This document shows positions 48,317 to 58,559 of a stretch of DNA of 64,000 nt, one piece after another. Below the pieces are notes generated by a model. That model was not told the origin of the DNA. It worked only from the letters and a program-made list of their open reading frames with translations, and searched no databases. Both the position numbers and the translations under genes were made by a program. Position 1 is the first letter of the stretch, and the number at the start of each line of letters is the position of its first letter. Source of the stretch: Acidobacteriota bacterium (GTDB lineage Bacteria > Acidobacteriota > Thermoanaerobaculia > UBA5066); the NCBI GenBank assembly GCA_030278895.1, contig JARXKK010000001.1:16565-80564 (forward strand). The letters run 5' to 3'.

Positions 48317-49105
48317 TCAACGGTCGTGCCAGACCACCACGAAGACCCTCCTGTCCTTCTCGACCTTTGCAGGAACGAGCTGCGTGATCTCACCGTGGGC
48401 GGGTACGTCTCGCAGAATCAACCCGAGTTCGCCCGCGTTCGTCCTGCCGAAGGAGTCGGCTTCGATCGCCAGGTTGAACCACGTGTTCTCAGACGACACG
48501 GCATTCGGACACGAATTCTGAACGTGAACCTCGACCTGGTCGAACACCTTCGCCTTCTCGTTGAAAACCGGCTTGGCCCAGAAGCCGAGGCAGGCGGCCT
48601 GCACCTCGTATTCTCGGCCCTCGGGCGCCCACAAGCGAAAGCTAGGAAGAATATGCAGTCTCGCGCCCGCAGTGTCGAAACGCAGGCTTCGCGGATCCGT
48701 CAACACGTTTGGCGCCGCAAGCTCGCTCGAGAACGTCGTCCGGCCTTGGAACTCCTTGAACGGGACGAATCCCTGGGCCGTCGTCCCGTCGCGTCGGGAC
48801 GCGAAGACCTCGATGACTCCCTGGACGAGGGCGACGCGCTCAATGACGAGATCCCCGCTAATCACGAGGCCGCTCGTCTCGACCCTCGCCGAGACATTCT
48901 CCGTTCTCACGGTCTCTATTCGCGTCGTCATCGAGAGCGTGCCCTGCCCTGAGCTTCCTGACGAGAGACTGCGCCTCTCGCGGGCGAGGTCCTGGAGCGA
49001 GCGTTTCGCGGGAACCGGTGTCGTGCGCCCGACGGACGGTCCCGGAGTAGGCGTGGCAGGCGGAAATCCTGCCTGCAGAAGGAGCCCGAAAAGAGCGGGG
49101 ATCAA
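48317..49105 (-). CDS. secreted hypothetical protein
   Basis: N-terminal signal peptide MIPALFGLLLQAGFPPA; no known motif. Confidence 0.5.
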   Translation of the reverse strand: MIPALFGLLLQAGFPPATPTPGPSVGRTTPVPAKRSLQDLARERRSLSSGSSGQGTLSMTTRIETVRTENVSARVETSGLVISGDLVIERVALVQGVIEVFASRRDGTTAQGFVPFKEFQGRTTFSSELAAPNVLTDPRSLRFDTAGARLHILPSFRLWAPEGREYEVQAACLGFWAKPVFNEKAKVFDQVEVHVQNSCPNAVSSENTWFNLAIEADSFGRTNAGELGLILRDVPAHGEITQLVPAKVEKDRRVFVVVWHDR

Positions 49106-50346
49106 CGCTGCACCTTCCAGATCTTCAAAAGGTCATCCACCACCTCGACGGGGATCGCGAAGCCGAGCCCCTGCGCGTTTCCCGACATTTTCCATGTGTT
49201 GACCCCAACCAGGCGTCCTCGCATGTCGACGAGCGGGCCGCCGCTGTTTCCCGGGTTGATCGCGGCATCGTGCTGGAGATAGGCGTGTCCCGAGAAGAGC
49301 CGCAGGGGGCTGCTGACAATCCCGCGCGTCACGGAGAAGCCCAATTCTTTGGCGAGCGGCGACCCGATCGCCCAAACCTGATCGCCGTAATTCAACTCCT
49401 TCGCGGAGCCGAATGAAAGCGCCGGAAAGGGTCCTTCGCCCATCGCCGCAAAGAGGCCGAGGTCCGTTTCGCGCGATCGCTCGCGATCCGAAAGGTCCAA
49501 CCAGCGGCCGTCGTATGTCCGGCCCCTATAGGCTCCTCTCTGCTCCATCACGTGCGCGTTCGTGATGATCATCCCCGTTTTCGAGACGAAGAAGCCCGAG
49601 CCGATGACCTCGCCGATTCGGTCACCGATCGCGACGCTGCCAGTGATTGAAACGACGGACCGCAGGGCCACGTTCAACGGGTTTTCCGATACGGCGGAGA
49701 CCGCGGTCGTCGCGGGTACGGGCGCCGCGGGGGACGGGGATGGCGCCACCGGGCGGCTCGCGCCTACACCGGCGCTTCGGGGCACCGTGGGTTCCGGCTC
49801 GCTGGGTTTGAAGAGACTCTTGATCCCGCCGGCCCGGTGCTGGGCGAGCTTTGCGTCTTCCGGGGCGAGCGGCGCTCGCCACTTCACGCTCCGGGCGGAA
49901 TGGACCGCCCATGCCGCTCCGAAGATCGCCAGAGTGACGGCGGCCACCCGCAGAAGCGGAAGGCCCTCGCGCGGCGCCGGGGCCTCGACCCTTCGCGGCG
50001 CCGGAGCCGTCGCCTTCGGGACCGGCCTCGGAACGACTTCAACGGTCGGGTCGGTCGCCTCGCGGGCCGCGTCCGAGACCGTCACCTCAACATTCCCAAA
50101 GCGCAGGACGTCTCCTTCGTGAAGGCTCTGCGACCGAATGGGTATCCCGTTCACCAGAAGAAGAGGAGCGACCGCCGTGACGACCGGTGGCGAGACCCTC
50201 GCGTCGATCGTCGCGTGAAAGCGTGCGACGGAGGTATCCGTGAGCTGGACTTCCGCCTCCGTGCTTCGGCCTATGCGAAGAGATCCCCTGAGGACGCGCA
50301 CGCGCGGCTTGCCAAAGGCGTCGACCCAGAGGAGTACCAGGCTCAT
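49102..50346 (-). CDS. FHA-domain-containing trypsin-like serine protease (HtrA/S1C-like)
   Basis: The N-terminal FHA region is LRIGRSTEAEVQLTDTSVARFHATI, followed by one TM helix. The C-terminal S1 protease region has TNAHV...DLGL...GNSGGPLVD. Confidence 0.8.
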   Translation of the reverse strand: MSLVLLWVDAFGKPRVRVLRGSLRIGRSTEAEVQLTDTSVARFHATIDARVSPPVVTAVAPLLLVNGIPIRSQSLHEGDVLRFGNVEVTVSDAAREATDPTVEVVPRPVPKATAPAPRRVEAPAPREGLPLLRVAAVTLAIFGAAWAVHSARSVKWRAPLAPEDAKLAQHRAGGIKSLFKPSEPEPTVPRSAGVGASRPVAPSPSPAAPVPATTAVSAVSENPLNVALRSVVSITGSVAIGDRIGEVIGSGFFVSKTGMIITNAHVMEQRGAYRGRTYDGRWLDLSDRERSRETDLGLFAAMGEGPFPALSFGSAKELNYGDQVWAIGSPLAKELGFSVTRGIVSSPLRLFSGHAYLQHDAAINPGNSGGPLVDMRGRLVGVNTWKMSGNAQGLGFAIPVEVVDDLLKIWKVQR

Positions 50347-51377
50347 GCAAGCGTCTCGAGCGGCCAGCGCGAGCGCGCGACCGCGCCGAGCCCCTCGCCG
50401 AGGCGCCCCGCGGCGAGCCGCCGCTGCCCCGCAAACGCGATCATCACGGCATTGTCGCCCGTGAGCGCCCTGGGAGCGACCCTCACGTCGACGCCGCGCG
50501 AGCGCCCCCAGGCGGGGATGCGCTCCCGGACGAGCGTGTTCGCCGCGACGCCTCCCGACACGGAGAGAACGCCGAAGCGCCGTGTGTCGTGCAGCCTCGC
50601 GAGGCGGTCGAGAAGCTGCGCGACGATCGCCTCCTCGACGTCGGCCATCAGGTCGCAGAGTCCCTGCGGCGCGTCCTCCTCGGGAGTGCGGCCGAGCTCA
50701 CCGAGCCGTTCCCGGACGGCCGTCTTCAGGCCCGAGAAGCTGAAGTCCAAAGATCGGTCCTTGAACTGTGCGACCGCGAACGGCCGTCTTGCCGCACCGC
50801 GCCGGGCCAGCCGGTCGACAGCCGGCCCGCCCGGATAGCCGAGGCCCGCCATCTTCGCGACCTTGTCGAACGCCTCCCCCGCCGCGTCGTCGCGCGTCCG
50901 CGCGAGACGCTCGATCCCGCGGCCCGAGAAGGCGAAGACGTGCGTGTGGCCGCCCGAGACGACGAGCGCCGCGAAGCTCTCCGGAACGGCAGACGCCGCT
51001 TCGCCGTCGACCGAGAGAAACGGGGAGAGCGCGTGCCCCTCGATGTGGTTCACGGGGACGAAAGGCACGCCGAGCCCGAGCGCGAGACCTTTGCCCTCCG
51101 AGAGGCCGACGAGAAGCGCGCCCACGAGGCCGGGACCAGCCGTGGCCGCGACGGCCGAGACGTCCGCGAGCTTCACGCCGGCGTCCCGGAGCGCCGCGTC
51201 GAGGAGCGGCGGCAGGTTCTCGAGGTGCGCGCGCGCCGCGATCTCGGGGACGACGCCGCCGAAGAGGCGGTGCGCGTCTTCCTGCGACGCGATGCGGGAC
51301 GAAAGGACGTGCCCCGCGGCGTCCATGAGCGCGACGGCCGTCTCGTCGCAGGAGGTCTCGAGCGCGAGGATGATCAT
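50343..51377 (-). CDS. tsaD: tRNA N6-adenosine threonylcarbamoyltransferase
   Basis: MIILALETSCDETAVAL and the Kae1/Gcp motifs HIEGHALS and GGVAAN are present. Confidence 0.9.
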   Translation of the reverse strand: MIILALETSCDETAVALMDAAGHVLSSRIASQEDAHRLFGGVVPEIAARAHLENLPPLLDAALRDAGVKLADVSAVAATAGPGLVGALLVGLSEGKGLALGLGVPFVPVNHIEGHALSPFLSVDGEAASAVPESFAALVVSGGHTHVFAFSGRGIERLARTRDDAAGEAFDKVAKMAGLGYPGGPAVDRLARRGAARRPFAVAQFKDRSLDFSFSGLKTAVRERLGELGRTPEEDAPQGLCDLMADVEEAIVAQLLDRLARLHDTRRFGVLSVSGGVAANTLVRERIPAWGRSRGVDVRVAPRALTGDNAVMIAFAGQRRLAAGRLGEGLGAVARSRWPLETLA

Positions 51378-52471
51378 GGCGGCACGAACCGCGCGAGCGT
51401 CCGGGCGTGCGGCGGTTCTGAAATCCCAAGTTCCGTCACGATCGCATCGACGAGGGCGGCCGGCGTCACGTCGAACGCGGGATAGAGGGCTCCGACTCCC
51501 TCCGGCGCCAGGGCGACACTTCCTCCGCCGGGGAGAGGAAGCGTCACCACTTCTTTCCCGTCGCGCTCCTCGATCGGAATCGACGCGCCGTCCGGAGTCG
51601 CAAGGTCGATCGTCGTCGTCGGTGCCGCGACGACGAAAGGGACACCATGGGCACGCGCCGCGAGCGCGAGGCCGTATGTACCGACCTTGTTCGCGACGTC
51701 GCCGTTCGCCGCGATGCGGTCCGCGCCCACGACGACGCCCTGCACCCGGCCGCGGGCGATCAGCGAAGCCGCCGCGACGTCCGGGAGGAGCACGACGTCG
51801 AGCCCGTCTTCGCGGAGCTCCCATGCCGTCAAGCGCGCGCCCTGCAGGAAGGGCCGCGTCTCGTCCGCAAGAATCGCGATCGGGCCTTCGGCCGCGAGCG
51901 CCCGGACGACGCCGAGCGCCGTGCCGATCCCCGCCGTCGCGAGCGCCCCCGCGTTGCAGTGCGTGAGAACCGTCGGCGTTCCCGCGAGCCCCGTCCAGCG
52001 CGCCCGTAGCCACGCGGCTCCGAGGCGACCGATCGTGAGACAGGCGAGCCGGTCCTCCTCGGCGATGCGGTGGGCCTCGGCCTCGAGCATGAGAATCCGC
52101 TCTCCCGCGTCGCGGCCCGATGAGGCCTCGGCAACGGCGCGCATCCGTCCGACCGCCCAGGCAAGATTCACGGCCGTGGGCCGGGAGGAAACGAGCCTCT
52201 CCGCCCCGAGTGCGAGCGCGACGTCGAGGTCGTCGGGGACACGCGCGACCACGCGGCGCGCCTCCGCACAGAGGCCGTACGCCGCGGCGACGCCGATCAG
52301 AGGGGCTCCGCGCACGGCAAGACTGCGGATCGCCTCGGCGGTCTGGGCAGCGCTTTCGCAGTCGAGAAACGCTTCTTGGTGCGGGAGAAGGCGCTGGTCG
52401 AGGAGCCGGAGACGGCCGGCCGCATAAGAGTAGGGGCTGACCCGCGTGGTGGGAACGGAGCCTTTCGTCAC
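51374..52471 (-). CDS. mtnA: S-methyl-5-thioribose-1-phosphate isomerase
   Basis: VLTHCNAGALATAGIGTALGV, RPFLQGARLTAWEL and GADRIAANGDVANKVGTY match MtnA. Confidence 0.8.
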   Translation of the reverse strand: MTKGSVPTTRVSPYSYAAGRLRLLDQRLLPHQEAFLDCESAAQTAEAIRSLAVRGAPLIGVAAAYGLCAEARRVVARVPDDLDVALALGAERLVSSRPTAVNLAWAVGRMRAVAEASSGRDAGERILMLEAEAHRIAEEDRLACLTIGRLGAAWLRARWTGLAGTPTVLTHCNAGALATAGIGTALGVVRALAAEGPIAILADETRPFLQGARLTAWELREDGLDVVLLPDVAAASLIARGRVQGVVVGADRIAANGDVANKVGTYGLALAARAHGVPFVVAAPTTTIDLATPDGASIPIEERDGKEVVTLPLPGGGSVALAPEGVGALYPAFDVTPAALVDAIVTELGISEPPHARTLARFVPP

Positions 52472-52527
52472 GGGCGAGACTATAGAGGTCGCCGACGCTT
52501 AAGATGGAACGGCTGCCCTTTCCAAAC

Positions 52528-52533
52528 AGGAGG
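52528..52533 (+). promoter_or_regulatory. Shine-Dalgarno AGGAGG for pgk
   Basis: AGGAGG lies 5 nt upstream of the pgk ATG. Confidence 0.6.
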
Positions 52534-52538
52534 ACTCC

Positions 52539-53738
52539 ATGTCCGGCCTTCCGCGCTCGATCCGGGATCTCGACCTCGACGGCAAGCGCGTCTTCGTGCG
52601 CGTGGACTTCAACGTGCCGCTCAAGGACGGCGTCGTGAAGGACGACACGCGCGTCGTCGAGGCGCTGCCCACCCTCCACCTCGCCCGCGAGCGGGGCGCC
52701 CGCCTCGTCCTCGCGTCGCACCTCGGCAAGGCGAAAGGCGCGAAGGATCCGAAGTACTCGCTGGCGCCGGTGGCTCGCAAGCTGGAGGAGCGCCTCGGTG
52801 TGCCGGTCGCCTTCGCGTCCGACTGCATCGGCCCCGAGACGGAGAAGGCCGTCGCCGCGCTCGCGCCGGGCGGGGTCCTCCTTCTCGAGAACCTGCGCTT
52901 CCACGCCGGCGAGGAGGGAAACGACCCGGCGTTCTGCCGCGAGCTCGCCGCCCTCGCCGAGGTCTACGTCAACGATGCGTTCGGCACGGCGCATCGCGCG
53001 CACGCCTCGACCGCGGGGATGGCGGCCCTCTTTCCGAAGGACCGGCGCGGGATGGGACTCCTGATAGAACGGGAGCTGCAGGCGCTCGCGCGGGTCGTCA
53101 CCGAGATCGACCGGCCCTTCGCCGCGATCCTCGGCGGCGCCAAGATCATGGGCAAGCTCGCGGCCCTCAGGGTTCTCGTCGAGAAGGCGGACGTCGTCCT
53201 CGTGGGCGGGGGAATGGCGAACCATTTCGTCGCGGCCCTGGGCCTTCCCGTCGGCGGGTCTCTGCTCGAGAAAGAAGGCGTCCCCGTCGCCCGGCAGATC
53301 ATCGACCGCTGCAAGGAGCGCGGTGTTCAGCTCGTCCTGCCCTCGGATTTCGTCGTCGCGCCGTCGCTCGAGAAAGCGGGCGTGCCGAACGCCGTCAAGA
53401 CGGTCGCCATGAACGCAATCCCCGGGAACATGGCCGCGTTCGACATCGGAGAGAAAACGGTCGAGATGTTTCGCCGGATGACGCGGGACGCGAAGACGAT
53501 CTTCTGGAATGGGCCCATGGGCGTCTTCGAGACGAAGCCGTTCGATGCGGGAACGCGCGCCGTGGCGCAGATTCTTGCGGACTCCGCGGGCTTCACCGTC
53601 GTGGGCGGCGGGGAGAGCGTGGAGGCCGTGAAAGAGGCGGGGCTTGCCGCGAAGATCTCGCATGTGTCCACGGGCGGCGGCGCGTCCCTCGACCTCATCG
53701 CCGGCGAAAAGCTTCCCGGCGTGGAGGCGTTGCGTTGA
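52539..53738 (+). CDS. pgk: phosphoglycerate kinase
   Basis: RVDFNVPL, the hinge and C-domain motifs are present; 399 aa. Confidence 0.95.
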   Translation: MSGLPRSIRDLDLDGKRVFVRVDFNVPLKDGVVKDDTRVVEALPTLHLARERGARLVLASHLGKAKGAKDPKYSLAPVARKLEERLGVPVAFASDCIGPETEKAVAALAPGGVLLLENLRFHAGEEGNDPAFCRELAALAEVYVNDAFGTAHRAHASTAGMAALFPKDRRGMGLLIERELQALARVVTEIDRPFAAILGGAKIMGKLAALRVLVEKADVVLVGGGMANHFVAALGLPVGGSLLEKEGVPVARQIIDRCKERGVQLVLPSDFVVAPSLEKAGVPNAVKTVAMNAIPGNMAAFDIGEKTVEMFRRMTRDAKTIFWNGPMGVFETKPFDAGTRAVAQILADSAGFTVVGGGESVEAVKEAGLAAKISHVSTGGGASLDLIAGEKLPGVEALR

Positions 53739-53748
53739 GACCACGGCC

Positions 53749-54528
53749 TTGAGAGCCCGCCGCCGCCTCCTCGTCGCGAACTGGAAGATGTCGCGCACGC
53801 CGTCGGCGGCCGCGGCGCTCGCGAGGGCCCTCGTGGCGATTCCTCGGCCTGCGCAACTGGACCTTGCCATCGCGCCGTCGTTCCCCGCGCTCGACCGCGT
53901 CGGCGCGGCCCTGGCCGGCACGGGGATCACACTCGCCGCGCAGGACGTGTACGTCGAGAAGGAGGGGGCCTTCACCGGCGAAGTGTCCGCGTCGATGCTG
54001 AAGGACGCGGGCGTGGCGCTCGTCCTCGTCGGCCACAGCGAGCGGCGGCTCTTCCGTGGAGAACGCGAGCCCGATTTCGCCCGCAAGATGGAGCGGCTCG
54101 TCGAGCAGGGGCTCGCGCCCGTCTATTGCGTTGGCGAGACGCGCGCCGAGCGCGACGCCGGACGCACGGCCGATGTCCTCCGGAGCCAGCTCGCCGCCCT
54201 GGACGGGTTCTCCGCACCGCCCTCCGGGCTGATTCTCGCCTACGAGCCCGTCTGGGCGATCGGGACGGGCCTCCCCGCCACGCCGGCGATGGCCGCCGAG
54301 GTCCATGCGCGCCTTCGCGCCGAGCTTGCGGCACGGTTCGGCACCGGCGTCGCCGGTTCGACCCGGATTCTTTACGGGGGCTCGGTGTCGCCCGTCAGCG
54401 CGCCCGGCCTCTTCGCGGAGGAGGAGGTGGACGGCGGCCTCGTGGGGAACGCCTCCCTCGTGGCAAGCGACGTCGCGGCCCTTCTGGCCGCCGCCGCCGC
54501 GCCCACCACCGGCGCCGCTCGCGCCTGA
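53749..54528 (+). CDS. tpiA: triosephosphate isomerase
   Basis: LVANWKM, VGHSERR, AYEPVWAIGTG and YGGSV are present. A TTG start is assumed, since the first ATG lies after the essential NWK. Confidence 0.9.
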   Translation: MRARRRLLVANWKMSRTPSAAAALARALVAIPRPAQLDLAIAPSFPALDRVGAALAGTGITLAAQDVYVEKEGAFTGEVSASMLKDAGVALVLVGHSERRLFRGEREPDFARKMERLVEQGLAPVYCVGETRAERDAGRTADVLRSQLAALDGFSAPPSGLILAYEPVWAIGTGLPATPAMAAEVHARLRAELAARFGTGVAGSTRILYGGSVSPVSAPGLFAEEEVDGGLVGNASLVASDVAALLAAAAAPTTGAARA

Positions 54529-54594
54529 GGGGCGATTCCGCTATCATCTTCGGCCCCCCGGGCTTGTCGCCCGCGGGTCCGGAGCACCACCGAA

Positions 54595-54960
54595 ATGATT
54601 TACGTTCTCGTTCCCATTTACGTCATCGTCTGCGTCTTCCTCATCCTCGTCGTCCTTCTGCAGCAGGGAAAGGGCGCGGACGTTTCGGCCGCCTTCGGCG
54701 CTTCGTCCTCCCAGACAACCTTCGGAGCGCGCGGCGCCACGACGCTTCTCGAGAGGATCACGACGTGGTCCTTCGTGGCGTTCTCCGTTCTCGCCGTCGT
54801 GATCTCGCTCATCCAGGCAAGGCCGAGGGGTTCGGTCCTCGCGAAAGCGAATGCGGCTTCGCCAGCGAAGGCGGGCACGCCCGCGAAGGCCGCCGTTCCG
54901 GCTCCGGCCCCCGCGCCGGCGCCTGCTCTTCCGGCCGCGCCCGCAACGGCTCCGAAGTAG
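54595..54960 (+). CDS. secG: preprotein translocase subunit SecG
   Basis: LLQQGKGADVSAAFGASSSQTTFG is the signature, with two TM helices. Confidence 0.9.
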   Translation: MIYVLVPIYVIVCVFLILVVLLQQGKGADVSAAFGASSSQTTFGARGATTLLERITTWSFVAFSVLAVVISLIQARPRGSVLAKANAASPAKAGTPAKAAVPAPAPAPAPALPAAPATAPK

Positions 54961-55008
54961 TTTCGGCAAATCGTTTTCGGTTAGTATCCGCTTCCCTCGC
55001 GTCCCCGT

Positions 55009-55093
<85 letters not shown>

Positions 55094-55107
55094 TTTCTTA
55101 TCTGCCC

Positions 55108-55956
55108 TTACTTGCGGGCCGGAGCCGCCGCCGCGTCCGCCACGTGAAGCCGAACGTCGCCGTTCACGGTCTCGACGGCGAGGCTCTCCCGCCCGCCGTT
55201 GATGGCGCCGCGGGCCTCCTTCGGGCCCCACTTTCCTTCGACCGTGACCTCCGGAAACTGCGACTGGATGCGGCCGTTCGTCGTCTGCAGCGTGCAGCGG
55301 ATCGACGACTCGCGCGCGCAGGTCACGGTCACCGAACCGTTGACGGTTTCGAGGCTCGCCTGCCGCATCGGGCCGGCGAAGGACACCTCGACCGAGCCGT
55401 TCACCGTGTTCACCTTGAGCGGCCCGTCGTGCCCGTCCACGCGGACCGCGCCGTTCACGGTCGACAACACGAGGTCTCCGGAGCGGTTCGACGCGGTGAG
55501 GCGCCCGTTCACGGTCTCTGCCTCGAGCGCGAACGCGGCGGGGAGCGTGATCTGGTACGCGACGTCCGCGGACCCGGACCGCCCGAAGAACGACCACCGG
55601 AAGAACCGCCCGTGCTTGGGCAGGATCGTCTCCACTTCGATCGTGCTTCCGGACTTCGTCACCCTGATCTCCGTTTCCTTGAGGAGGTCGGTGTCGGAGG
55701 CGGACTTCACCTTCTTGACGGCCACGACCTGCAGCTGATCGCCGCCCGACTCGATCTGGATGACGCCGTTGACGTTCTGAACCCTCACCTTGCGAACGCC
55801 GGCCAGGTCGTACTTCTTCTCAAAACGTTCCTGCGTCACGTCCTCGGCCTTCAGGCCGGACGCCGCGAGGAGGGCCACCGAAAGGGCGGCCTGGACGACC
55901 CGGTTCAGGCGGCGTCGTCTGGTCTGCGTGCAGGCACCGGATGAGGTCTCGGACAT
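55108..55956 (-). CDS. DUF4097/LiaG-like beta-helix (putative adhesin-like) protein with signal peptide
   Basis: Repeated TVNG(S/A)V(x)V units occur at least seven times. The ATG is preceded by AGGGAG. Confidence 0.6.
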   Translation of the reverse strand: MSETSSGACTQTRRRRLNRVVQAALSVALLAASGLKAEDVTQERFEKKYDLAGVRKVRVQNVNGVIQIESGGDQLQVVAVKKVKSASDTDLLKETEIRVTKSGSTIEVETILPKHGRFFRWSFFGRSGSADVAYQITLPAAFALEAETVNGRLTASNRSGDLVLSTVNGAVRVDGHDGPLKVNTVNGSVEVSFAGPMRQASLETVNGSVTVTCARESSIRCTLQTTNGRIQSQFPEVTVEGKWGPKEARGAINGGRESLAVETVNGDVRLHVADAAAAPARK

Positions 55957-56018
55957 TTCAAGGCTCCCTGATAGAGAGAACGGCGAACCCTTCGGGAAAG
56001 TTTCGGTACCGGGCGTCA

Positions 56019-56399
56019 TCAGGCCTCCACCAGCGCGGTTCCCGCGGCCCGGTCACCGGGCCTCCGGCCATCCTTTCGGCGGATAAGTAACACCAGCTCA
56101 ACGAGATTCCACCCTGGGACGAGGAGCGGGAGGTTGCGTAACAGCGACTGGAGGAGGCCCGCCCCGGCCCCCCCCCTGCGGATCAGGCGCAGGCCGAAGA
56201 GCCGCTTCCCTGGGCTGCCTCCATCGGAATCCCGCAGAAGAAAGAGACCCACCGCGACGGCCTGGGCGGCCCGAAAGCCGGCGTCGAGACCCGTCGGAGC
56301 CCGGGAGGCCGCCTGAACTCCGAGGACGATCGCGGAGGCGAGCAGAAGCGGCGCGCCCGCCACGAGGATGAGGTCGATCCCGAAGGCGGCGGCGCGCAT
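56019..56399 (-). CDS. RDD-family membrane protein
   Basis: MRAAAFGIDLILVAG...GKRLFGLRLI is typical of RDD, with three TM helices. Only the 3'-terminal 126 codons of the long track ORF are accepted. Confidence 0.55.
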   Translation of the reverse strand: MRAAAFGIDLILVAGAPLLLASAIVLGVQAASRAPTGLDAGFRAAQAVAVGLFLLRDSDGGSPGKRLFGLRLIRRGGAGAGLLQSLLRNLPLLVPGWNLVELVLLIRRKDGRRPGDRAAGTALVEA

Positions 56400-56474
56400 C
56401 CAGAGCCGCGCGCGCGGCGGCGTTCCGAGAGGAACCGGGCCGGTTTCGAAGGGCTTCTCGTACGATGGGCGCAC

Positions 56475-57470
56475 GTGACCGCGCGGCGAGACGCCCAGGC
56501 CTTCCTTCACCGCTTCGCTTCCGCGTCGAAGTTCGAGCTCCACCTGCACCTCGAAGGAGCGGTTCCGGCGGCGACTCTCGTCCGCCTGTCGTCCCGCTCG
56601 CCGAAGCCCATCTTCCCCGATGTAGCCTCCGTGCGCGCGCGCCGGCGCGCCCTCGGGTCGCCGGAGGCTTTTTTCGCCTTCTACCGCGACATATGCCGGC
56701 AGCTCAACAGCCCGGCCGATTACGGCCTCGCGGCGCGCGGCCTCGTGGCGCGGCTCGCGCGGGAGAACGTGCGCTGGGCCGAGGTCTACGTCTCGCCCGC
56801 GGTCGTGGAGAAGATCGGGCTCGACTGGTTCGACGTCCGAGACGCGCTCGAGAGCGTGTTCGCCGAACACGAGGCGAGGGGCCGGGGCCGCGTGCGCGTC
56901 CTCCTCGACTTCGTCAGGCACTGGGGGCCGGAGGGAGCCTCGCGCGTCCTCGACCTCCACGCCGAGCGTCCGTGGCCGCGCGTCGTCGGCTTCGGCCTCG
57001 GCGGGGATGAGACGGCCTTCGCCGCGCGTGATTTCGCCGAGGTCTTCCGCCGCGGACGGAAGGCGGGCCTTTTCCCCGTCGTGCACGCGGGCGAGTGGGC
57101 GGGACCCGAGTCCGTCGCGGATGCGCTTCTCTTCCTGAAGCCCGTGCGGATCGCGCACGGAATCCGGGCCGTCGAAGACCCTGCGCTGCTGAACGCGCTC
57201 GCGCGAACGGGCATCGTCTGCGACGTGTGCCCGACGTCGAACCTCAGGACGGGGGCCGTCCCCCGTGGCTCCCCGCACCCGCTCCTCCGCATGCTCCGCT
57301 CGGGCGTGGCCGTGACGCTCTCGACGGACGATCCCGGGCTCTTCGGGACGACGCTCCTCGGAGAGTTCCGGCGCGCCGCCGTTTGGGGAGCCACCGCGGC
57401 CGAGCTCTCGCGTTGCGCGGTCGTCGCACGTCAGGCCGCGGCGAGGACGCGCTCGTACAACGCGACGTAG
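56475..57470 (+). CDS. add: adenosine/adenine deaminase-family metallohydrolase
   Basis: ELHLHLEG, the catalytic HAGE region (VVHAGEWAG) and TLSTDDP are present. Confidence 0.8.
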   Translation: MTARRDAQAFLHRFASASKFELHLHLEGAVPAATLVRLSSRSPKPIFPDVASVRARRRALGSPEAFFAFYRDICRQLNSPADYGLAARGLVARLARENVRWAEVYVSPAVVEKIGLDWFDVRDALESVFAEHEARGRGRVRVLLDFVRHWGPEGASRVLDLHAERPWPRVVGFGLGGDETAFAARDFAEVFRRGRKAGLFPVVHAGEWAGPESVADALLFLKPVRIAHGIRAVEDPALLNALARTGIVCDVCPTSNLRTGAVPRGSPHPLLRMLRSGVAVTLSTDDPGLFGTTLLGEFRRAAVWGATAAELSRCAVVARQAAARTRSYNAT

Positions 57471-58552
57471 CGCGATACGATCGCGTCCGCGTCGAAGAGC
57501 CGGATCGCGCGTTCCCGCGACGCGCGCGCCATCGTCTCGTACCGCGGCGGGTCCAGAAGCAGCGCGGCGCCGTCGTCCGCGAGGCCCGCGACGTCGCCCA
57601 CGCCGCGCAGGAAACCCGTCTCGCCGGCGGCGACGACCTCGGGTAACCCGCCGACAGCATAGCCCAGGACCGGAACGCCGCACGCCTGGGCTTCAAGCGC
57701 CGACAGGCCGAAGGACTCCGAGTCGGACGGAAGGAGATAGAGGTCCGCCGCGGGCATCACGGCCTCGAGCGCCGGCATGTTGCCGAGGAACGACACGGAG
57801 GGCGCGATCCCCTTCTCGCGGCAGAGCGCCTCGGCGGCCGGACGGTCCGGGCCGTCTCCGATCATGACGAGGGTGGCCGGAACGCGCTGCCGGAGCCGGT
57901 CGAAGATTTCCACGACGTCGAGGACGCGCTTCACGGGCCGGAAGTTCGAGACGTGAAGGAGCACCTTCCGCCCCTCGGGCCCCAGCCGGCACGCGAGCTG
58001 GGGCGACTCCGGCGTCCACCGCGCGGGGTCGATGAAGTTCGGCACGACCTCGATCTCCCTCTTGGGCCGGAAGACGTCGATCGTGACTTTCTTCAGGTGC
58101 TCCGACACGGCGGTCACGGCGTCGGACTTCTCGATGCCGAAGCGCGTGATCGGAAGATACGAGCGGTCCTGCCCGACGATGGTCACGTCCGTGCCGTGCA
58201 GCGTCGTCACGAGGCCGAGCCGGCGCGGGGCGAGCATCTCGCGCGCGAGATGGGCCGAAATCGCGTGCGGGAGCGCGTAGTGAACGTGGATGAGGTCGAG
58301 GCCGACGTGCGTCGCCACGTCCCCCATGCGCGTCGCCAGCGCGAGGTCATACGGGGCGTACTGGAACAGCGGATACGACGGTACCGACACCTCGTGATAC
58401 GTGACGCGCTCGGCGAACACGTTGAGGCGCGACGGCATCGCATAGGTGATGAAGTGGACGTCGTGGCCCCGCTTCGCGAGCTCGTGTCCGAGCTCCGTCG
58501 CGACGACTCCGGAACCCCCGAAGGTCGGGTAGCAGGTGATCCCGATCTTCAC
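57431..58552 (-). CDS. bshA: N-acetyl-alpha-D-glucosaminyl L-malate synthase (GT4), bacillithiol biosynthesis
   Basis: [36 protein letters not shown] is near-identical in pattern to B. subtilis BshA ([36 protein letters not shown]). GTG start. Confidence 0.85.
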   Translation of the reverse strand: [373 protein letters not shown]

Positions 58553-58559
58553 GCTCTCT

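Noticed and set aside
50343-54086. 1247-aa minus-strand ORF
   Set aside because: Only its 3' 344 codons (tsaD) are real. The upstream part runs antisense through mtnA, pgk and tpiA and is R-rich.
56019-57683. 554-aa minus-strand ORF overlapping adenosine deaminase
   Set aside because: Only the 3'-terminal 126 codons (RDD protein) are coherent. The remainder is antisense to add.
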